From Patescibacteria group bacterium (GTDB taxonomy: Bacteria > Patescibacteriota > Minisyncoccia > Minisyncoccales > UBA5738), in contig JAXDBQ010000002.1 of assembly GCA_034678605.1 (NCBI GenBank), positions 1-55,449 on the forward strand: a DNA stretch of 55,449 nucleotides, written 5' to 3'. Positions within the stretch are counted from its first letter, which is position 1, and the number at the start of each line of letters is the position of its first letter. Position numbers and translations under genes: made by a program. Under the pieces are notes generated by a model, which saw only the letters and a list, made by a program, of their open reading frames with translations, did not search any database and had not been told where the DNA came from. Shown here piece after piece: positions 1 to 9,283 of the stretch.

Positions 1-339
1 TTGATCGAGCACTACGCGGGCGCGTTCCCGGTGTGGCTGGCTCCGGTGCAGGCAAAGATCCTTTCCGTGGGCGAAACGCACGTTGAGTTTTGCCAAAAAT
101 TAGCCGATGAATTCAAGCAGGCCGGCATCCGCTGTGAGATCGACGCGGCCGACGAAACCTTGGGCAACAAGATCCGCAAGGCCGCGGCCGAAAAAATCCC
201 TTATGTTTTGGTGATCGGCGATAAGGAAATGCAGTCCGATATGTTAGCCGTGCGCGACCGCGGCTCAAAATCCGCCCGCGCCATCTCCAAGTTCGACTTC
301 ATCTCCGAAGTTTGCGCCAAAATCACCTCGCGCAGATAA
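1..339 (+). CDS. thrS: Threonyl-tRNA synthetase, C-terminal anticodon-binding domain (5' truncated by window)
   Basis: IEHYAGAFPVWLAPVQ and TLGNKIR..KIPYVLVIGDKE motifs typical of the ThrRS C-terminus. Confidence 0.95.
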   Translation: MIEHYAGAFPVWLAPVQAKILSVGETHVEFCQKLADEFKQAGIRCEIDAADETLGNKIRKAAAEKIPYVLVIGDKEMQSDMLAVRDRGSKSARAISKFDFISEVCAKITSRR

Positions 340-345
340 ATCAAT

Positions 346-415
346 TTGCATACACCAGGTGTATGCAAGTTAACGCGTCGAAAACTAAAATTTGCACAGG
401 TCGAACCCGTGCAAA
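346..415. repeat. Pair of REP-like palindromes
   Basis: TTGCATACACC-A-GGTGTATGCAA (346-368, perfect) and TTTGCACAGGTCGAACCCGTGCAAA (391-415, imperfect). Confidence 0.7.
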
Positions 416-518
416 TAAGAATCACGAATAGAAAACCATAAAACACGTATTTCATTTACCGGAGGATTATTCTTTTGACAAAGCCGGGCATAAGGGGAAA
501 ATATTTCCGTCAAAAGAG

Positions 519-776
519 GTGAGCGATAAAATTCAATTCGAGATCATCGAGACCGAAACCGGCCACGAAAACACGATTATCGAGAAGGAGTCGATTTTTG
601 CGTATTATATTTTGGAGGGCAGTGGCAGTTTTGAGATTGGTAACGAAACGGAAAATTGCGGCGTTGGCGATCTGGTTGTCGTGCCGGCGGGAACGCCGTT
701 TACCTATTCGGGAAAAATGAAAATGCTTTTGGTTTGCGCGCCCTGGTGGCGCCCGGAGCAGGAAATCACCCTTTAG
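519..776 (+). CDS. Cupin-domain protein
   Basis: YYILEGSG..F.IG and GDLVVVPAGTPF cupin motifs. Confidence 0.75.
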   Translation: MSDKIQFEIIETETGHENTIIEKESIFAYYILEGSGSFEIGNETENCGVGDLVVVPAGTPFTYSGKMKMLLVCAPWWRPEQEITL

Positions 777-822
777 AATCAGACCAATATATTCCAAATG
801 GAATATACGGAATTTGGAAAAA

Positions 823-1239
823 ATGGAAAATCAAAATCAAGGAAATATGATTGATAAGGTGGCGTTGTTGTGTATAAAAGACAAAAAGATTTTGATGGCC
901 AAAAGCCGCGGCAAGGATGTTTATTACATTCCCGGAGGGAAGCGGCAGGGCCAAGAAACCGATGCCGAAACGCTTGTCCGCGAGATCAAGGAAGAACTGA
1001 ATGTTGAACTATTGCCCGAGAGTATAAAACATTACGGCGTTTTCGAAGCGCAGGCGCACGGCAAACCGCTGGGAACCGTCGTGAGAATGTCTTGCTATAT
1101 GTCCGAGTTTAAAGGCGAGATCGAGCCAAGCTCGGAAATGCAAGATATCGCGTATTATGATTACCGCCAGCGCGATATTGTCGGCCCGGTGGACCAACTG
1201 ATCTTTGATGATTTGAAATCAAACGGCATCATTAATTAA
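823..1239 (+). CDS. NUDIX hydrolase
   Basis: Nudix box PGGKRQGQETDAETLVREIKEELNV; start set at first ATG (823), 847 also possible. Confidence 0.9.
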   Translation: MENQNQGNMIDKVALLCIKDKKILMAKSRGKDVYYIPGGKRQGQETDAETLVREIKEELNVELLPESIKHYGVFEAQAHGKPLGTVVRMSCYMSEFKGEIEPSSEMQDIAYYDYRQRDIVGPVDQLIFDDLKSNGIIN

Positions 1240-1277
1240 CAAAGTTCGCAGGAGTCGGAAACCTGTGAGATTCATCG

Positions 1278-1772
1278 ATGAAAGATCGAAAACGGGAGAA
1301 AATTTATGTGGATTGGATAGACAGGGTGAAAGTTTTGCAAAAGGCGGCGGTTTTCAATAAAGATGGCCTGGTTTTGGCATTGAAGCGAACCGATGACGCA
1401 AATCGGCCGAATCCGGGTTGCTGGGATCTGGTTGGCGGCCGGGTTGAGGCGGCCGATATTGTAAAATGGAAAACAAAATCCGGCCGGGGCGATGGAAATG
1501 ATATTTTGGCCAATGCCTTGCGGCGCGAGATCAAAGAGGAAGCCAATTTGGAGGTTGGCAACATCCGCGCGATCCATGTCGCGTCGGCATATTCCGAAAA
1601 GAAAGAGATGTTTATCGTGGCCATTGGTTATGTTTGCGAAGCGGTTGATGAATCGAATATCAAATTGAGCGCCGAGCATTGCGGTTTACGCTGGGTTTTC
1701 AAAGACGAATTTACGAATTTGGAAATCGGCGATGACGGGGGATTAATTGCGTCGATTTTGCAAAAAATTTGA
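1278..1772 (+). CDS. NUDIX hydrolase with insertion in the Nudix box
   Basis: WDLVGGRVE...ALRREIKEEANL and LSAEH motifs. Confidence 0.85.
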   Translation: MKDRKREKIYVDWIDRVKVLQKAAVFNKDGLVLALKRTDDANRPNPGCWDLVGGRVEAADIVKWKTKSGRGDGNDILANALRREIKEEANLEVGNIRAIHVASAYSEKKEMFIVAIGYVCEAVDESNIKLSAEHCGLRWVFKDEFTNLEIGDDGGLIASILQKI

Positions 1773-1782
1773 ATGTTTGAAT

Positions 1783-1810
1783 TTGACAGGCAAAAAGACG
1801 GGGTTATAAT
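1783..1810 (+). promoter_or_regulatory. sigma70 promoter
   Basis: TTGACA-16 nt-TATAAT upstream of ORF 1840. Confidence 0.7.
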
Positions 1811-1839
1811 TAGAATAAGATTTTAACGATATTAAAAAA

Positions 1840-2514
1840 ATGGCAGTTGTCAAAAAAATAAATTCGTCGAAAAAAATATTGCCAAAAAATGAAAATTTTG
1901 GCGTTTTGTTGCGTCAAATCAGCGGGGACGTAAAGCGCATGAGCGGCCGTATCGACAAAATTGACGGCCGGATCGACAATATGGGCGGGGAGATCAAGCG
2001 CATGAGCGGCCGTATCGACAAAATTGACGGCCGGATCGACAAAATTGACGGCCGGATCGACAAGATTGATGGCCGGATCGATGAGATGGGCGGCCGGATC
2101 GATGAGATGGGTGGAGACATCAAACGCATGGACGGGAGCATTGATCGAATTATCGATAGCCATATTGAATTGGACAAAAAAGTTGAAGCGATCGGCGACG
2201 ATTTAAAAGATTTTAAAAATGAAACGCGCGAGGGGTTTGTTAATGTTTGGCGCGAAATGGGGTCGATGAGGCAAGAATCGAACGCTAATTTTAAAGAATT
2301 GTTTGATTTTCGCGATGAAACAAACGCGAATTTTAAGCAAGTTCTTCAATGTTTGTCCGTAATTGAAGACGAATTGGATGGGATTAGGTCCGAATTAAAA
2401 AGATTGGATGAAAACAAAGCCGAAAAAAACGCGTTTTTCGAATTGACCGGTCGCGTGGCCAAATTGGAACAAGATTTGGAAAATTGCAAAATTTTGGTTA
2501 AAGACGGCAAATGA
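1840..2514 (+). CDS. Coiled-coil heptad-repeat protein of unknown function
   Basis: Tandem RIDKIDG/RIDEMGG heptads encoded by 21-nt DNA repeats; has its own promoter and terminator. Confidence 0.8.
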   Translation: MAVVKKINSSKKILPKNENFGVLLRQISGDVKRMSGRIDKIDGRIDNMGGEIKRMSGRIDKIDGRIDKIDGRIDKIDGRIDEMGGRIDEMGGDIKRMDGSIDRIIDSHIELDKKVEAIGDDLKDFKNETREGFVNVWREMGSMRQESNANFKELFDFRDETNANFKQVLQCLSVIEDELDGIRSELKRLDENKAEKNAFFELTGRVAKLEQDLENCKILVKDGK

Positions 2515-2543
2515 ATTTGAAATAATCGGGAATTATGAAATTT

Positions 2544-2567
2544 AAAACTCCTCTTGAGAGGAGTTTT
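2544..2567. terminator. Intrinsic terminator (bidirectional-type)
   Basis: AAAACTCCTC-TTGA-GAGGAGTTTT hairpin with flanking A/T runs. Confidence 0.75.
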
Positions 2568-2678
2568 GTCATTCGTGGTTGAAGATTGGATTATTGGCGC
2601 GTTTAAGGTTGCGGTATGGCTAAATTGATGGCTTATTGCTAAAATCCAAGTAGTTGCCGATAATCAAGAACAAAAAAT

Positions 2679-3572
2679 ATGGATTGGATAATATTCGCGA
2701 TTTTGGCGCCGTTTTTTTACGCGGTTTCCGCAATGTTTGACAAGTTTTTAATCGACAAAAAAATAAGGGATCCGATAATAATGGCGATATCCGGCGGGAT
2801 TTTGGTTTTTTTTATGGGTTTGTTGATTTTTTCCGTGCGGGGGTTCGCGCCGCTTGATTGGCGGTCAGCGATGATTTTAATCGGCGGCGGCGTGCTCACT
2901 CAAATTGGGTTGGTTCCCTATTTTAAGGCAATATCGCTGGACAATGTATCGCGGGTAATGCCGATTTTTCAGATCGCGCCGATTTTTGTTTTGACTTGGT
3001 CGTATTTTTTATTGGGAGAAACATTGACTATCGGCCAATTGGCGGGGTTCGCGTTGATTTTGGCGGGAAGTTTGCTGATTTCCGTTAAAAAAGTTGATTT
3101 TGGCGAGCTTAAATTAAGGCGCGCTTTTTGGTGGGCGTTGCTTACTTGCGTTATTTTTTCGTTTCCGTCGGTGATGTTTAAATTTGTCGCGATCGATCTT
3201 GTTTTTTGGGACGCGCTTGTTTACGACTATTTTGGCGTCTTGGCCGGCGCGATTATTTTGGCGATTTTTTATCGTAAAAGGATTTTTTTTCAAATGCGAG
3301 GGTTGGTAAAAAACGTTTGGTCGGTTTTGTTTGTAAATGAATTGATTTATTGGCTGGGCGGATTATGCGCGACCTATGCCGTATTTTCGGGATCGGTGGC
3401 TTTAACATCGGTGATTAACGGATTTTTGCCGGTATTTGTGTTTGTTTTTGGAATTATTTTGTCGATTTATTTTCCCCGGATAATCAAGGAATATATTGCC
3501 GTAAAAACATTGGTTTTAAAAATAACGGCGTTGATTTTGATGATTGGCGGTTTATTGATGGTAAATGTTTGA
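2679..3572 (+). CDS. EamA/DMT family transporter
   Basis: About 10 hydrophobic segments; SYFLLGETLTIGQLAGFALILAG signature. Confidence 0.85.
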   Translation: MDWIIFAILAPFFYAVSAMFDKFLIDKKIRDPIIMAISGGILVFFMGLLIFSVRGFAPLDWRSAMILIGGGVLTQIGLVPYFKAISLDNVSRVMPIFQIAPIFVLTWSYFLLGETLTIGQLAGFALILAGSLLISVKKVDFGELKLRRAFWWALLTCVIFSFPSVMFKFVAIDLVFWDALVYDYFGVLAGAIILAIFYRKRIFFQMRGLVKNVWSVLFVNELIYWLGGLCATYAVFSGSVALTSVINGFLPVFVFVFGIILSIYFPRIIKEYIAVKTLVLKITALILMIGGLLMVNV

Positions 3573-3590
3573 TTTGCCATTTTGAATTTT

Positions 3591-4100
3591 TTAAAGTTTC
3601 AGCTGGCGTTCGAAAATTTTATTTTTTCCGGCGTTTCTTTTTGAATTTGGACGCAAAACAAATTCTTTTTTTTGATAAAGTTTTTGCGCGGCGATTTCAT
3701 TTTTGCTGTCCGAGGTGTAGAGCCGCAAAAATTTTTTACCTCTTTTTTTAGATCGGCCTATCGCCCAATCCAATAATGCCGTGCCGGTGCCTTGGCGGCG
3801 GCAGTTTTCTTTGACGCAAAACCAACTCAGCCAATCCGCCTCTTTTTCGTCTTTATCTACGGTGTAGAGGCCGCAATTGCCGATCACATCATTTTTTTCG
3901 TCAACTGCCACGACATAGATTGCCGCCAATTCGATTCCTTGCCAACTTTTGGGCGGAGTTTTTTTATTTATTCGCGCTTTATAATAATTACTTGGGATGC
4001 AATGGTCATATTTAAAAATTGGATCGGTGGTGAAAATTTCATCTGCCAGCCGTGATGCTTGCTCCAAATATTTTTTTGATAATGTTTTAATTTTTATCAT
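3591..4100 (-). CDS. GNAT family N-acetyltransferase
   Basis: Motif A FCVKENCRRQGTGTALL and AAQKLYQK motif B. Confidence 0.85.
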   Translation of the reverse strand: MIKIKTLSKKYLEQASRLADEIFTTDPIFKYDHCIPSNYYKARINKKTPPKSWQGIELAAIYVVAVDEKNDVIGNCGLYTVDKDEKEADWLSWFCVKENCRRQGTGTALLDWAIGRSKKRGKKFLRLYTSDSKNEIAAQKLYQKKEFVLRPNSKRNAGKNKIFERQLKL

Positions 4101-4104
4101 TTGG

Positions 4105-5652
4105 TTATTCGTGGTTTAAGATTAGGGTGCCGGTGCCGTGGCCCGAGCCGGGCTTGTCGCGGGCGAAAACGCCTTTTTCGCCGCCGGGCAGCTGGGGCAG
4201 GGTGTTTTCGAAAATGAATTTGGCGTCGCCTTGCGTCATATTGGTGCAGCCGGCGGATTGTTGCGTGCCGAACCGGTCGTGCCAATAGGTGCCGTGAATG
4301 GCGTAGCTGTAATTGTAATACATTATCCAGGGAATGTTTTTGAGATGATAACTGTAGTCATGCAAAGGCGGGCCGCCTTGCATTTCGCCTTTGGCCAATT
4401 TGTACCAAATCCGGTAGGTTCCGGTTTTGGTGGGATTTTTTTCGCGGCCGGGCGCGATATAGGTGGCAAAGACCGGCTTGTCATAATCGAAAAGCGTTAA
4501 AACTTTTTTAGTGAGATCAACGTCGATCCATTTTTCGCCAAGTTTCACTTCTTGGGGAATGGTGCTGGTGGCTGGCTGGGGCTGTTCCATGGGGGTGATA
4601 AAATCCGAAAAAATGTAGGCGCCGGCAAATGCGCCGCCGTCGATTTGGTACCACAGATTTTTGTCGCCGGCCCAGTCGCCGAAAACTTCTTTGACCACTT
4701 TCACGCGGTTGGCGGTGGACAAAGTTCCCAGCTTATCCGAAGCGATTGCCATGCCCTGGCGCACGGCCACGCCGTTGGCGTTGATCTGCCCCCACCAGCC
4801 CAGATATTTGAAGCGGTTCTTGCCCAGCGCCGCGGCGCTGGGAATTTGGCCGGCAAAATTCCACGCGCCGATCGCCACGCGGTTTTCTTGGTCGGCGATA
4901 ATCGCTCTTATGCCGTATTCTTCGTCGATTTTAACTTCTTGTTCAAAAGCGAAAAGATATTTGTTTGGGCCGATTTGTTCTTGGCGAAAAGGAGTTGATT
5001 TTTCATTAACGAAAACCGCCGCGTTTTTGAGCGGCGCGGCCAATATCGCTTCAAAGCTTATCGTGTGGCGCATGGGGAACGCGAATGAATCCGGCGCCGG
5101 TTTTTGGCTGGAAATTATTGGATAATTTTCTCGCGCCTGAGGCAAAATTATTTTTGCCAAATTTTCGTTGGTTTCAATTTTGGCGGCGGCATACGGGCCT
5201 TTGCGCCAAATATCCAAAATCAATTGCCCGTCGTTGATTTTGTAACGGACAAAATCAATCAGGGGGTTGGCGTCGATTTGACGCCAATCAAGATCGCTTT
5301 GGACTCGCGAAATATTTTCAAAAATAACGCGGGTTTTGGCTTCGGCGGCGGTTTCTTCGATTTTGTATCCGGGCAAAGATATCAGCGCGGGTTGATCGGG
5401 GTGGAATTTTATTTCAATGGCGGCGCCGGTTTTTTGCTCGCAATCGCAGGAAATAATTTTTGCCGAATGTGATTTTGGCCGGAGCGGGATCTCGGTTTCA
5501 TAGTTTTGCGGCAACGGCAAAAAGATCAGCCAAGCGGCGGCCGCAACCAAAAAAGCCGCGGACAAGCCCACGCCGATCTGCCACTTGAATCCGTAGCGGT
5601 TTTTTAATTTTTTGATCTTTTCGCCGATCTTCGCAGCTTGCCGTTTAACCAT
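4105..5652 (-). CDS. Membrane-anchored L,D-transpeptidase (YkuD) family protein
   Basis: N-terminal TM; WIDVDLTKK...YAIHGTYWHDRFGTQQSAGCTNM catalytic H/C motif. Confidence 0.9.
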   Translation of the reverse strand: MVKRQAAKIGEKIKKLKNRYGFKWQIGVGLSAAFLVAAAAWLIFLPLPQNYETEIPLRPKSHSAKIISCDCEQKTGAAIEIKFHPDQPALISLPGYKIEETAAEAKTRVIFENISRVQSDLDWRQIDANPLIDFVRYKINDGQLILDIWRKGPYAAAKIETNENLAKIILPQARENYPIISSQKPAPDSFAFPMRHTISFEAILAAPLKNAAVFVNEKSTPFRQEQIGPNKYLFAFEQEVKIDEEYGIRAIIADQENRVAIGAWNFAGQIPSAAALGKNRFKYLGWWGQINANGVAVRQGMAIASDKLGTLSTANRVKVVKEVFGDWAGDKNLWYQIDGGAFAGAYIFSDFITPMEQPQPATSTIPQEVKLGEKWIDVDLTKKVLTLFDYDKPVFATYIAPGREKNPTKTGTYRIWYKLAKGEMQGGPPLHDYSYHLKNIPWIMYYNYSYAIHGTYWHDRFGTQQSAGCTNMTQGDAKFIFENTLPQLPGGEKGVFARDKPGSGHGTGTLILNHE

Positions 5653-5700
5653 GAAAAAATTTCGTCTCTTTTAGTATCATATCAGCAAAGCCGCTCCAAC

Positions 5701-5850
5701 TCAAAACCCCGCCTTATTGGCGGGGTGTTGAGCCGTCTCCTCCGCCAGAGCGCAAGGAGCGGAAAAGTAAAAAAGAAAATGCCCTCGAGCGTTCTCTTTT
5801 CTACCAAAGACGGCGTCCCCCAAATCTCGCGACTTAGGGGTTTCGCACGT
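5701..5850 (-). ncRNA. Candidate structured ncRNA or leader upstream of the L,D-transpeptidase gene
   Basis: Minus-strand TTGCAA-17-TAAAAT (5884-5856); GCGA-tetraloop hairpin; GCCGTCT/AGACGGC-closed multiloop; terminator CCCCGCC-5-GGCGGGG-TTTT. Confidence 0.5.
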
Positions 5851-5956
5851 AATTGATTTTATCGTGCCGCCGCCGGTTTTGCAAATCCTTGACAAAAATT
5901 AGATAATATGTTTTACTTATTTAAGTTTTGAAAGTTCTTTAAGCGAGGTGTAATCG

Positions 5957-6598
5957 ATGAACAAAGTCGATAATTTGGCGGCCCGATTGGCCTTGGGCAC
6001 AGCCGATTTGATGAAAAAAATCGGATCGGGAGTTATAACCATTGAACAATTCGAGTGGTTTGTTGGGTTGAGCTGTAGCGAGATATCCCGGCTTGCGGGG
6101 AAAGAGGTTGACGAAAGATTTAAAAAATTATTGGACATTGAAATAACGGTGCCTGATGATTGGGATCCGGACGGCGCGTTGGAAAGGACCAAAAAGGAAT
6201 TCTGCTATTTGAATGGAAATATCAATGAAGGGAATTTTCCAGCCAGCGCTTTGGAGCCAGGAGAGAAATACATTATTCATTTCTGGTTGATTATGAAAAA
6301 TATCAGTATTCCCCAAGGGTTGGATTTTATCAGATTAAGGGGTGAAAATTTCCTTTGTGCCAAAGACGCCGGAGTTGTTAAAAATCGGCTGGAAGAGTCG
6401 CCAGTCCTGTTGGAGGAAATAACGGGAAAGCCATTGGTTTTATTAAACGAAGAAGAGAAATTGTGGGCCGGTTCCGGTGGCTGGGTCGGGGTTCCCTGTT
6501 TGTATCGGCACGGCGTCGGCGCTTGGAATCTGCTCTTGATCTCTTTCGACGATGTTTGGTATCCGGGCGGCTGCTTGGTGTCCTCCTCCGCGGTTTGA
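5957..6598 (+). CDS. DGR target protein with C-terminal variable region
   Basis: Last 45 codons plus stop match downstream TR with A-specific mismatches; ITVPDD..EGNF..LEPG..LW..VP..F...W..CL pattern resembles CPR DGR targets (from recall). Confidence 0.85.
   Translation: MNKVDNLAARLALGTADLMKKIGSGVITIEQFEWFVGLSCSEISRLAGKEVDERFKKLLDIEITVPDDWDPDGALERTKKEFCYLNGNINEGNFPASALEPGEKYIIHFWLIMKNISIPQGLDFIRLRGENFLCAKDAGVVKNRLEESPVLLEEITGKPLVLLNEEEKLWAGSGGWVGVPCLYRHGVGAWNLLLISFDDVWYPGGCLVSSSAV
6461..6598 (+). repeat. DGR variable repeat (VR)
   Basis: 138-nt gap-free match to 6920-7057; 12 of 13 differences at TR adenines. Confidence 0.9.
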
Positions 6599-6668
6599 TG
6601 AGCCCTTTGTCCCTTTGAATTTTATCCGGATTTTGATTCTTTGACCCTTTGTCCGCTTTGAAATCGCA

Positions 6669-6697
6669 TTGATTCTGGGCGGATATTTTTTTATAAT
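6669..6697 (+). promoter_or_regulatory. sigma70 promoter, probably driving the TR RNA
   Basis: TTGATT-17-TATAAT with no credible protein gene downstream before the TR. Confidence 0.6.
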
Positions 6698-6919
6698 TAA
6701 TATGGATATCGATCGGGCGTTCGGCGATTGCTTGGCGTCATCGATTCTTGCGAAAAAGGTTTGCCGGAAGTCCGCCGGCCATTGGCTTGCGGGCGGGCGC
6801 GGTTTTTCGCGAAAAAAAATCAAACAAGCCGGTGCGGCCCGTCAACGAGTTTTAACTCGGCATAAAATTCAAGAGATGACGGTTGTTGTCTTTGGTGGTG
6901 GAGACGGCCGGCCGCGCGT

Positions 6920-7057
6920 TTGTGGACCGATTCCGGTGGCTGGGTCAGGGTTCCCTGTTTGTATCGGCACGGCGACGGCGCTTGGAATCTGAACTTGAAC
7001 AATTTCGACAATGTTTGGAATCCGGGCGACTGCTTGGTGTCCTCCTCCGCGGCTTGA
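6920..7057 (+). repeat. DGR template repeat (TR)
   Basis: Non-coding copy of VR with AAC/AAT/GAC triplets; all 20 adenines before the stop are at codon positions 1-2; homology continues imperfectly to about 7158. Confidence 0.9.
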
Positions 7058-7407
7058 TGAGCCCTTTGTTCCTTTGAATATTGTTCGAATTTTAACTTTT
7101 TGATCCTTTGTCCGCTTTGAAATCGCATTATATTGATTTCCGGCGGACATTTTTTATACCGGCCAAGCTTGATTTTTGGCGGGTTTTATTGCATAATAAT
7201 TTTGTTGCGATTCAAGACGCAATTTGCAAAAAAACATGAAAGCGTTTTTTGACGAACAAGAATATAAATTGTTGGCATAACAACAGGGAGTTTTAATCCG
7301 TTCGCGCGGCAGTTTTTTGCGTGGCGCGAGAAGAATTAAATAACCCTGTTTTTTATTTGCTTGCCCGGGAAGATTCTGCGAAGCGCAAGAAACGGGAACT
7401 GGAAATT

Positions 7408-9099
7408 ATGGAAAACGAAAAAGACAAAAAATCAAAAATTAAAATTTCAAAAACAATTATGGCCGGCGGCGCGGCCAAAAACAACGAGCCGTTGATAATT
7501 TTGAAGGATATTGCCAAAACCTATGGCAAAGAGGAGCTGTTCTCCGGCGCCCGGATGCGGGTGATGCCCCAGGAGAGGATCGCCATCGTGGGGCCTAACG
7601 GCATCGGCAAAACCACATTGCTCAAAATTATTTTGGGGCTCGAAGACGCCGATGAGGGCGCCCGCGAACCGCACCGGGCCGCGCGCATCGGCTATTTGCC
7701 GCAGGAGACAAAATGGGAGTCGCTGGCGAATTCGGTTTTCGACGAGATCCATTCGGCCAATCCCGAGATGAAACGGTTGATGGTTCAAAAAAGCGAGTTC
7801 GAGGAAAAAGAAAAGAACGGCAAATTGTCCGAAGTTGAAGCCGATGAATATCTGAAGCTTTTGGAAACATTCAAATCCGCGGACGGCTATCGCTATGAGG
7901 GGCTGATCGAGCGTTTGCTTTTGGATTTTGGATTCGCCAAAGAGGCGTGGGGCCGGGCTGTCGCCAGTTTGAGCGGCGGCGAGCGCACCAAGCTGGCGCT
8001 GGCCAAAGTGGTTTTGGCCAATCCCAATGTTATCGTTTTGGACGAGCCGACGAATCATCTGGACATCGAAACCTGCGAGTGGTTGGAAAATTTTTTGGTT
8101 CATCGCAACCTTTCGATCATTTGCGTGTCGCACGATCGTTATTTCTTGGACAAGGTTTGCAATAAAACCTACGAGTTAACCAAAAACGGCATTGAAAAAT
8201 ACCAATGCCGCTATTCGGATTATGTGGTCGAAAAAGCCGCGCGGCGCGCCGCGCTGGAAAAAAGTTACAAAGTTCAGCAAAAATACCTCAAGGAACAGCA
8301 GGAATATATCGACCGTTTCCGTTACAAAGCCACCAAGGCCGCGGGCGTGCAAAGCCGCATCAAAGCGTTGGAAAAGATCGAGCGTATCGAATTGCCCAAA
8401 GAACCGGGAACCGAGATCAGGATCAAATTCGATGCCGGCGCTAAACTTTGCCGCAGCGTGCTGAAATTGGACGGCGTTCGCGTGGGGCCGGCCGATAAAC
8501 CCTTATTTGGATTAGATGGCAAATTGGAAGTTGAATGGGGCGACAAGATCGGCATTATCGGCAACAACGGCCAGGGCAAATCAACCTTGCTCAAAAGCAT
8601 TTTGGGGAAAATGCCGTTGCTGAAAGGAAAGATCACGCTTGATGAGCGCGCTAATGTGGGTTATTACAGCCAGGCGCATGAAGATCTGGATCCGGACAAG
8701 ATCTTGCTCGATGAAGTGGCGTCAAAGACGCCGGAAACCGAAGAAAAGATCCGCAGTATTTTGGGCGCGTTATTATTTACGCCGGCGGAAGTGGAAAAAA
8801 AGAAGATCCGCGACCTTTCCGGCGGCGAGCGGGCGCGGGCGGTGCTGGCCGAATTGATCCTGCAAAAAGCCAATTTCTTGCTGCTGGACGAACCCACTAA
8901 CCATTTGGACTTGCCCAGCAAGGAAGTGATCGCCCAAGTGTTCAAGGACTACAAAGGCGCGATCTTGCTGGTGAGCCACGACCGCTATATTCTCAACCAG
9001 GTTTGCGACCACATCTGGGAAGTGAAGGACGGCAAATTCACCGGCTATCTGGGCAACTATGACGACTACCGTTACCACTTGGCTCAAGCAAGTAAATAA
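7408..9099 (+). CDS. ABC-F family ATP-binding protein
   Basis: Two ABC domains (GPNGIGKT, LSGGE, LDEPTNHLD; GNNGQGKS, LSGGE, LDEPTNHLD), no TM; start uncertain (7408 or 7459). Confidence 0.93.
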   Translation: MENEKDKKSKIKISKTIMAGGAAKNNEPLIILKDIAKTYGKEELFSGARMRVMPQERIAIVGPNGIGKTTLLKIILGLEDADEGAREPHRAARIGYLPQETKWESLANSVFDEIHSANPEMKRLMVQKSEFEEKEKNGKLSEVEADEYLKLLETFKSADGYRYEGLIERLLLDFGFAKEAWGRAVASLSGGERTKLALAKVVLANPNVIVLDEPTNHLDIETCEWLENFLVHRNLSIICVSHDRYFLDKVCNKTYELTKNGIEKYQCRYSDYVVEKAARRAALEKSYKVQQKYLKEQQEYIDRFRYKATKAAGVQSRIKALEKIERIELPKEPGTEIRIKFDAGAKLCRSVLKLDGVRVGPADKPLFGLDGKLEVEWGDKIGIIGNNGQGKSTLLKSILGKMPLLKGKITLDERANVGYYSQAHEDLDPDKILLDEVASKTPETEEKIRSILGALLFTPAEVEKKKIRDLSGGERARAVLAELILQKANFLLLDEPTNHLDLPSKEVIAQVFKDYKGAILLVSHDRYILNQVCDHIWEVKDGKFTGYLGNYDDYRYHLAQASK

Positions 9100-9283
9100 G
9101 CGGGCAAGCAAGAAAGCAAGAAAAGCGGGAAAGAAAATTGCAAATCGTATCCGAATCGTATTCCGCCGCCCGCCTAAAATACGCGCCTAAAAAACGCGGG
9201 AATCGAATCCCCGCGTTTTTGACTTGTACGTTTTTTGTTGACAATAAATTTATTTGGTATTAACCTTTACAAGGTGATTGATA

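Noticed and set aside
1925-2150. CRISPR-like repeat
   Set aside because: Contiguous in-frame coding repeats without unique spacers.
6461-7057. Simple tandem duplication or pseudogene as the explanation of the VR/TR repeat
   Set aside because: Only 21 of 138 TR positions are A, yet 12 of 13 mismatches fall on them; neutral decay would not give this bias.
6669-7150. ORF-track ORFs over the TR region (6669-6992 +, 6883-7077 +, 6820-7128 -, 6869-7150 -) as avd or RT
   Set aside because: No four-helix Avd character or RT motifs; they are off-frame readings of the repeat.
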